A stretch of 63,154 nt of DNA, counting the filler, from Licmophora abbreviata (Eukaryota), in NCBI GenBank assembly GCA_900291995.1. It is 5 parts of 5 records of this genome, joined end to end, with 100 filler letters (N's around TTAATTAATTAA, not from the genome) between each part and the next. Parts side by side here need not be neighbours in the genome. Positions count along the whole stretch, not along the records: positions 59,059 to 63,154 come from OLMU01001213.1; 4 more parts are not named here. The stretch is one strand, 5' to 3'. The notes under the pieces were generated by a model that saw only the letters and a list, made by a program, of their open reading frames with translations, did not search any database and was not told the origin of the DNA. Numbering within the stretch: position 1 is the first letter of the stretch; every line of letters begins with the position of its first letter. Both the position numbers and the translations under genes were made by a program. Of the stretch, positions 60,194 through 63,154 are shown piece by piece.

Positions 60194-61189
60194 TTACCCA
60201 CCAAGCCTTTCACCCCGCTGTTTCTGTTTTTTCGGATCGAACCGGTCTAATACAGACAAATCAACCTTGTTTTGCATGGAGGACTCGTGGATGTAGAGGG
60301 TTTCGCCCCACCTCGAGAATCTCATCATATGCTTGTAACCGTTACTTTCCAAGTGATTTCTTAGAGGCTCCAGGGGCTTCTCAACCGTAAGGATCGAGAT
60401 GTTGTAGTCTGTCAGCGGGAAGCTCTTCATGATGAACTCTTCGGCTCCTTCAACGTCGAGGGACAGATAGTCAATGTGCCGTGGGACGTTGTAGCGTTCC
60501 AATATTTCTTTCAACGACACAGTATAGCGCGGCGTCGACACTCGCTCAAACTGTTTGCCATTGTAGAATCCATCTCCAACAATTCCACTCTTGTCGCCTG
60601 CATCGAAGCGAAAGTGCACCTCTTGCATCCGCGTGTCTCCCACAACAGCCCCCACTACCTGACAGTCCCGATAAGTCAAATTCGCCCAGTAGATTGGATT
60701 CGGTTCGATACACAGTCCCGTCCATCCATATCTCTGTTCTAGTACATACGTGTTGGAAAGTACAGTAGCATCATTGGCAGCCAGATCAATGAAATAGCCG
60801 TTGCGCTTGCCGCGGAGCAATGCCACGACGAGCTCGTCTTGTCGGCACTGCGAAAACCACTCGAGGGAAGCATCTGCAGAGAGATGTTTTGCATCACCAT
60901 AAAAGACGTCAATTGAGTGCCATCCATCCTTACTAGACACCCCTTGCTGCACGCCTTCGCTTGTCGGCTCGACCAAATTCATCAAACTACTCGCTTCATC
61001 GATGGCGATGGCGCCGCTGTTGGACCATACTAATCGGGCATGCAAATGGCCCACCACGATGCCTGCCACAAACACAAACGAGTATTTCCATAAACCGCTG
61101 GTTGTTGAGCGCGAAGGATGGGGCGAGGAAGTACTAATACCGGCAGTAGAAAGGGGCAGTCGCCTCCGTCGTGATGATGGGTTCGCCAT
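60194..61189 (-). CDS. FkbM-family (Methyltransf_21) methyltransferase with N-terminal membrane anchor
   Basis: FSQCRQD, YFIDLAAND...SNT, WTGLCIEPN and IDYLSLDVEGAE. Confidence 0.85.
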   Translation of the reverse strand: MANPSSRRRRLPLSTAGISTSSPHPSRSTTSGLWKYSFVFVAGIVVGHLHARLVWSNSGAIAIDEASSLMNLVEPTSEGVQQGVSSKDGWHSIDVFYGDAKHLSADASLEWFSQCRQDELVVALLRGKRNGYFIDLAANDATVLSNTYVLEQRYGWTGLCIEPNPIYWANLTYRDCQVVGAVVGDTRMQEVHFRFDAGDKSGIVGDGFYNGKQFERVSTPRYTVSLKEILERYNVPRHIDYLSLDVEGAEEFIMKSFPLTDYNISILTVEKPLEPLRNHLESNGYKHMMRFSRWGETLYIHESSMQNKVDLSVLDRFDPKKQKQRGERLGG

Positions 61190-61424
61190 GTTCGAAACAT
61201 GAAAACTGAAAATTGTCAAGATTTTAGATTTTGACATGTGAAGCTCGCGCTTTAGGTGAAGATACTGTCATTGAGAGCTCGAATACACTCTTCAGTTTCA
61301 TCCGTATTTTCGACAAAAAGTGAAAATTAAAAGTGAGAATTCCTATCCACATTGACAACACACAACACAACATGCATGACAGCGAGTGTTGCCCCTTGTG
61401 TGTCCACATTCTCTGTCTATTACC

Positions 61425-62882
61425 ATGAGCGAAAGCTTGTTTGTAACGACACGTTCGACTTCGTCGCTGGTACAAGGGGAGCAATTCGAAACACCCGTTT
61501 CTGCTGCTGACGAAGGAACCAAGGAGCAAGAGCATCATCAGGGGGATGCATCAGGAGAAGTCACTACACCGCCTGTAGAGGAGCCGGCGGCAAACGAAGC
61601 GAACAACTCCGATTCGAACGATCTAGCGAGCTCTCTATTGAAAACTTACAAGAGTACCAGGTTGAAAGGATACATCACGCTGGTGCTGGGCTGTGCTATC
61701 AACTACGATTCTGCGCGGGCATCCGCAGATTCCGTTCTGAACAACGCCGTTCCAGCCACAACGCGACAACGACGATATGCCATGACAGCGGCACTGCTCA
61801 GCATGATTGTAGCGCTCTCTACGGTCGTGGCTCATCTCGATCGATACTCTCCACTGAAACGTTTCTGGGATCGAGCCTTTGCACCCAAGAGCAAATTTGA
61901 GCTCTTCTTGCTCATGTTCTTGTTGCTCTGGTGGATTATCGCCACATGGATTCAGACAGGCGTACGCGGCGTTGCTGGAGATGGAAAAGGCCAGTACAAT
62001 CTATATTTCAGCTGCTGGGCTTGTCTCTGGACCGCAACTTGGACACTGGAACGTTGGATGGTGTCCGCGGGTCTAGCCTCCTTCCACAAGTTCATGGCAA
62101 GCTGGCCGAATCGCGCTCCCGGGTGGATCGCTGTCTTTATTCTTTCACTTGCAACGTTGATGTGCTATCTCGATCTATTCTTGAACTGGGAAGCTTCCAA
62201 AGCAAGCGAAGCGGTCAAAGTGCAATTTCAGGATGTGGGAGACGGGCAGTGGGAATGGCTCCTACTTGTGGCTAGCTTTACTGTACCGTCGGCACTTGCC
62301 TTTGTGCTGGTGGAGATTTTTCGAGAGAACAAACCGGTCGAACGGGATCAGCCAGACGCAAGTGGTCAAGAAACTAATCCTACTACCTCATCGACGACTC
62401 CTGCGCAGCCCAACGAAGGAAAGTCAGAGTTGGAGAACGTGTTGGAAGGCTTCGTCTTGTTGATACTCTTTTTGGCATGGATTCCTTCCTTGATCATTGC
62501 CACGTCTCCTGGTGGTATTGCCAGCCTGGTGGGAAACTCGTATTTCTTTACATGGGCGACTACAATTCTCGTCGTCGAAACTTCCGTCTGGTGGGTTCAC
62601 GATTGGAGGAAGCGGATTCATCAAATTCTGCAGTCCCAAGAAGAAGAATATCGGCGGATTCAACAAGAAGTACTCGAAAAGAGTCGAGAGTCGGCGCTTA
62701 TCACTGCGGCTCATAGACGAGCTCCTGCTTCCCCGGCGCGAGAAGAAGAGGAGGAGCGCTTGTCGGTTCACGATGAGGTCTCTGAAGAGGAGGATGAAGA
62801 CAACGAAGAAGAAACGGAAGAGAATGACGACGACGAGTCTGAATACTCCGACTACGTCATTCCTGATGTCGTTGGTACATAG
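61425..62882 (+). CDS. Multi-pass membrane protein (two MARVEL-like four-helix halves) with acidic tail
   Basis: About 8 hydrophobic segments; repeated E..LL..L..W and NLYFSCW / NSYFFTW pattern. Confidence 0.65.
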   Translation: MSESLFVTTRSTSSLVQGEQFETPVSAADEGTKEQEHHQGDASGEVTTPPVEEPAANEANNSDSNDLASSLLKTYKSTRLKGYITLVLGCAINYDSARASADSVLNNAVPATTRQRRYAMTAALLSMIVALSTVVAHLDRYSPLKRFWDRAFAPKSKFELFLLMFLLLWWIIATWIQTGVRGVAGDGKGQYNLYFSCWACLWTATWTLERWMVSAGLASFHKFMASWPNRAPGWIAVFILSLATLMCYLDLFLNWEASKASEAVKVQFQDVGDGQWEWLLLVASFTVPSALAFVLVEIFRENKPVERDQPDASGQETNPTTSSTTPAQPNEGKSELENVLEGFVLLILFLAWIPSLIIATSPGGIASLVGNSYFFTWATTILVVETSVWWVHDWRKRIHQILQSQEEEYRRIQQEVLEKSRESALITAAHRRAPASPAREEEEERLSVHDEVSEEEDEDNEEETEENDDDESEYSDYVIPDVVGT

Positions 62883-62930
62883 TGTTTTGGTAATTTGATA
62901 AAAAATAGATCAGCATGTGTATTCACATCG

Positions 62931-63152
62931 TTACGCGGGCTTGCCCATAGGAAACAAGAGTCCAAAGTAGTCCACCTCGGATTCGCCTTGCTTGTCGCTA
63001 ATCGCCTGAAAGCCAACCTTTTTCAGCACAGCAACCGAAGCGGGGTTTCCATGTACCACTCCAGCATGCAGAGCTCCATCGTAACCGCCCTCACGAAGGT
63101 TCTGAACGAGTCCTCGCAGAAGCTCGGTCGCTAGACCCTTCCCCCAGAACCT
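62931..63152 (-). CDS. 3' end of a RimJ/RimL-type GNAT acetyltransferase (runs off the window)
   Basis: Manual translation RFWGKGLATELL...NPASVAVLKKVGF to TAA at 62931-62933. Confidence 0.8.
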   Translation of the reverse strand, partial: RFWGKGLATELLRGLVQNLREGGYDGALHAGVVHGNPASVAVLKKVGFQAISDKQGESEVDYFGLLFPMGKPA

Positions 63153-63154
63153 CT

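Overview
Gene-dense eukaryotic nuclear DNA, almost certainly from a diatom (probably pennate). Evidence: short GT-AG introns, signal peptide + 'FAP/FGL' bipartite plastid-targeting motifs, a PSTALRE-type CDKA2 and a DNMT5. The window is five contigs joined by artificial 100-nt spacers (44 N + TTAATTAATTAA + 44 N), so several genes are truncated and adjacency across spacers is unproven. About 28 protein-coding loci are supported. The strongest hidden signal is an intronless thioredoxin-fold selenoprotein gene (56053-56565) that the ORF track breaks up. It has two in-frame TGA codons (a UxxC active site plus a second UGA) and a well-formed type II SECIS element in its 3' UTR. Other notable items: a >1250-aa SET2-like methyltransferase fused to Tudor-like and transcription-type cyclin domains (absent from the ORF track), a DNMT5 with an N-terminal PIP-box and Tudor domain, plant-MSA-like AACGG motifs at mitotic genes, a GNAT-PhzF fusion, and a large secreted repeat protein. 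Several conserved genes carry single-base frameshifts that look like assembly errors. All product calls come from motif recognition by eye; no searches were run.
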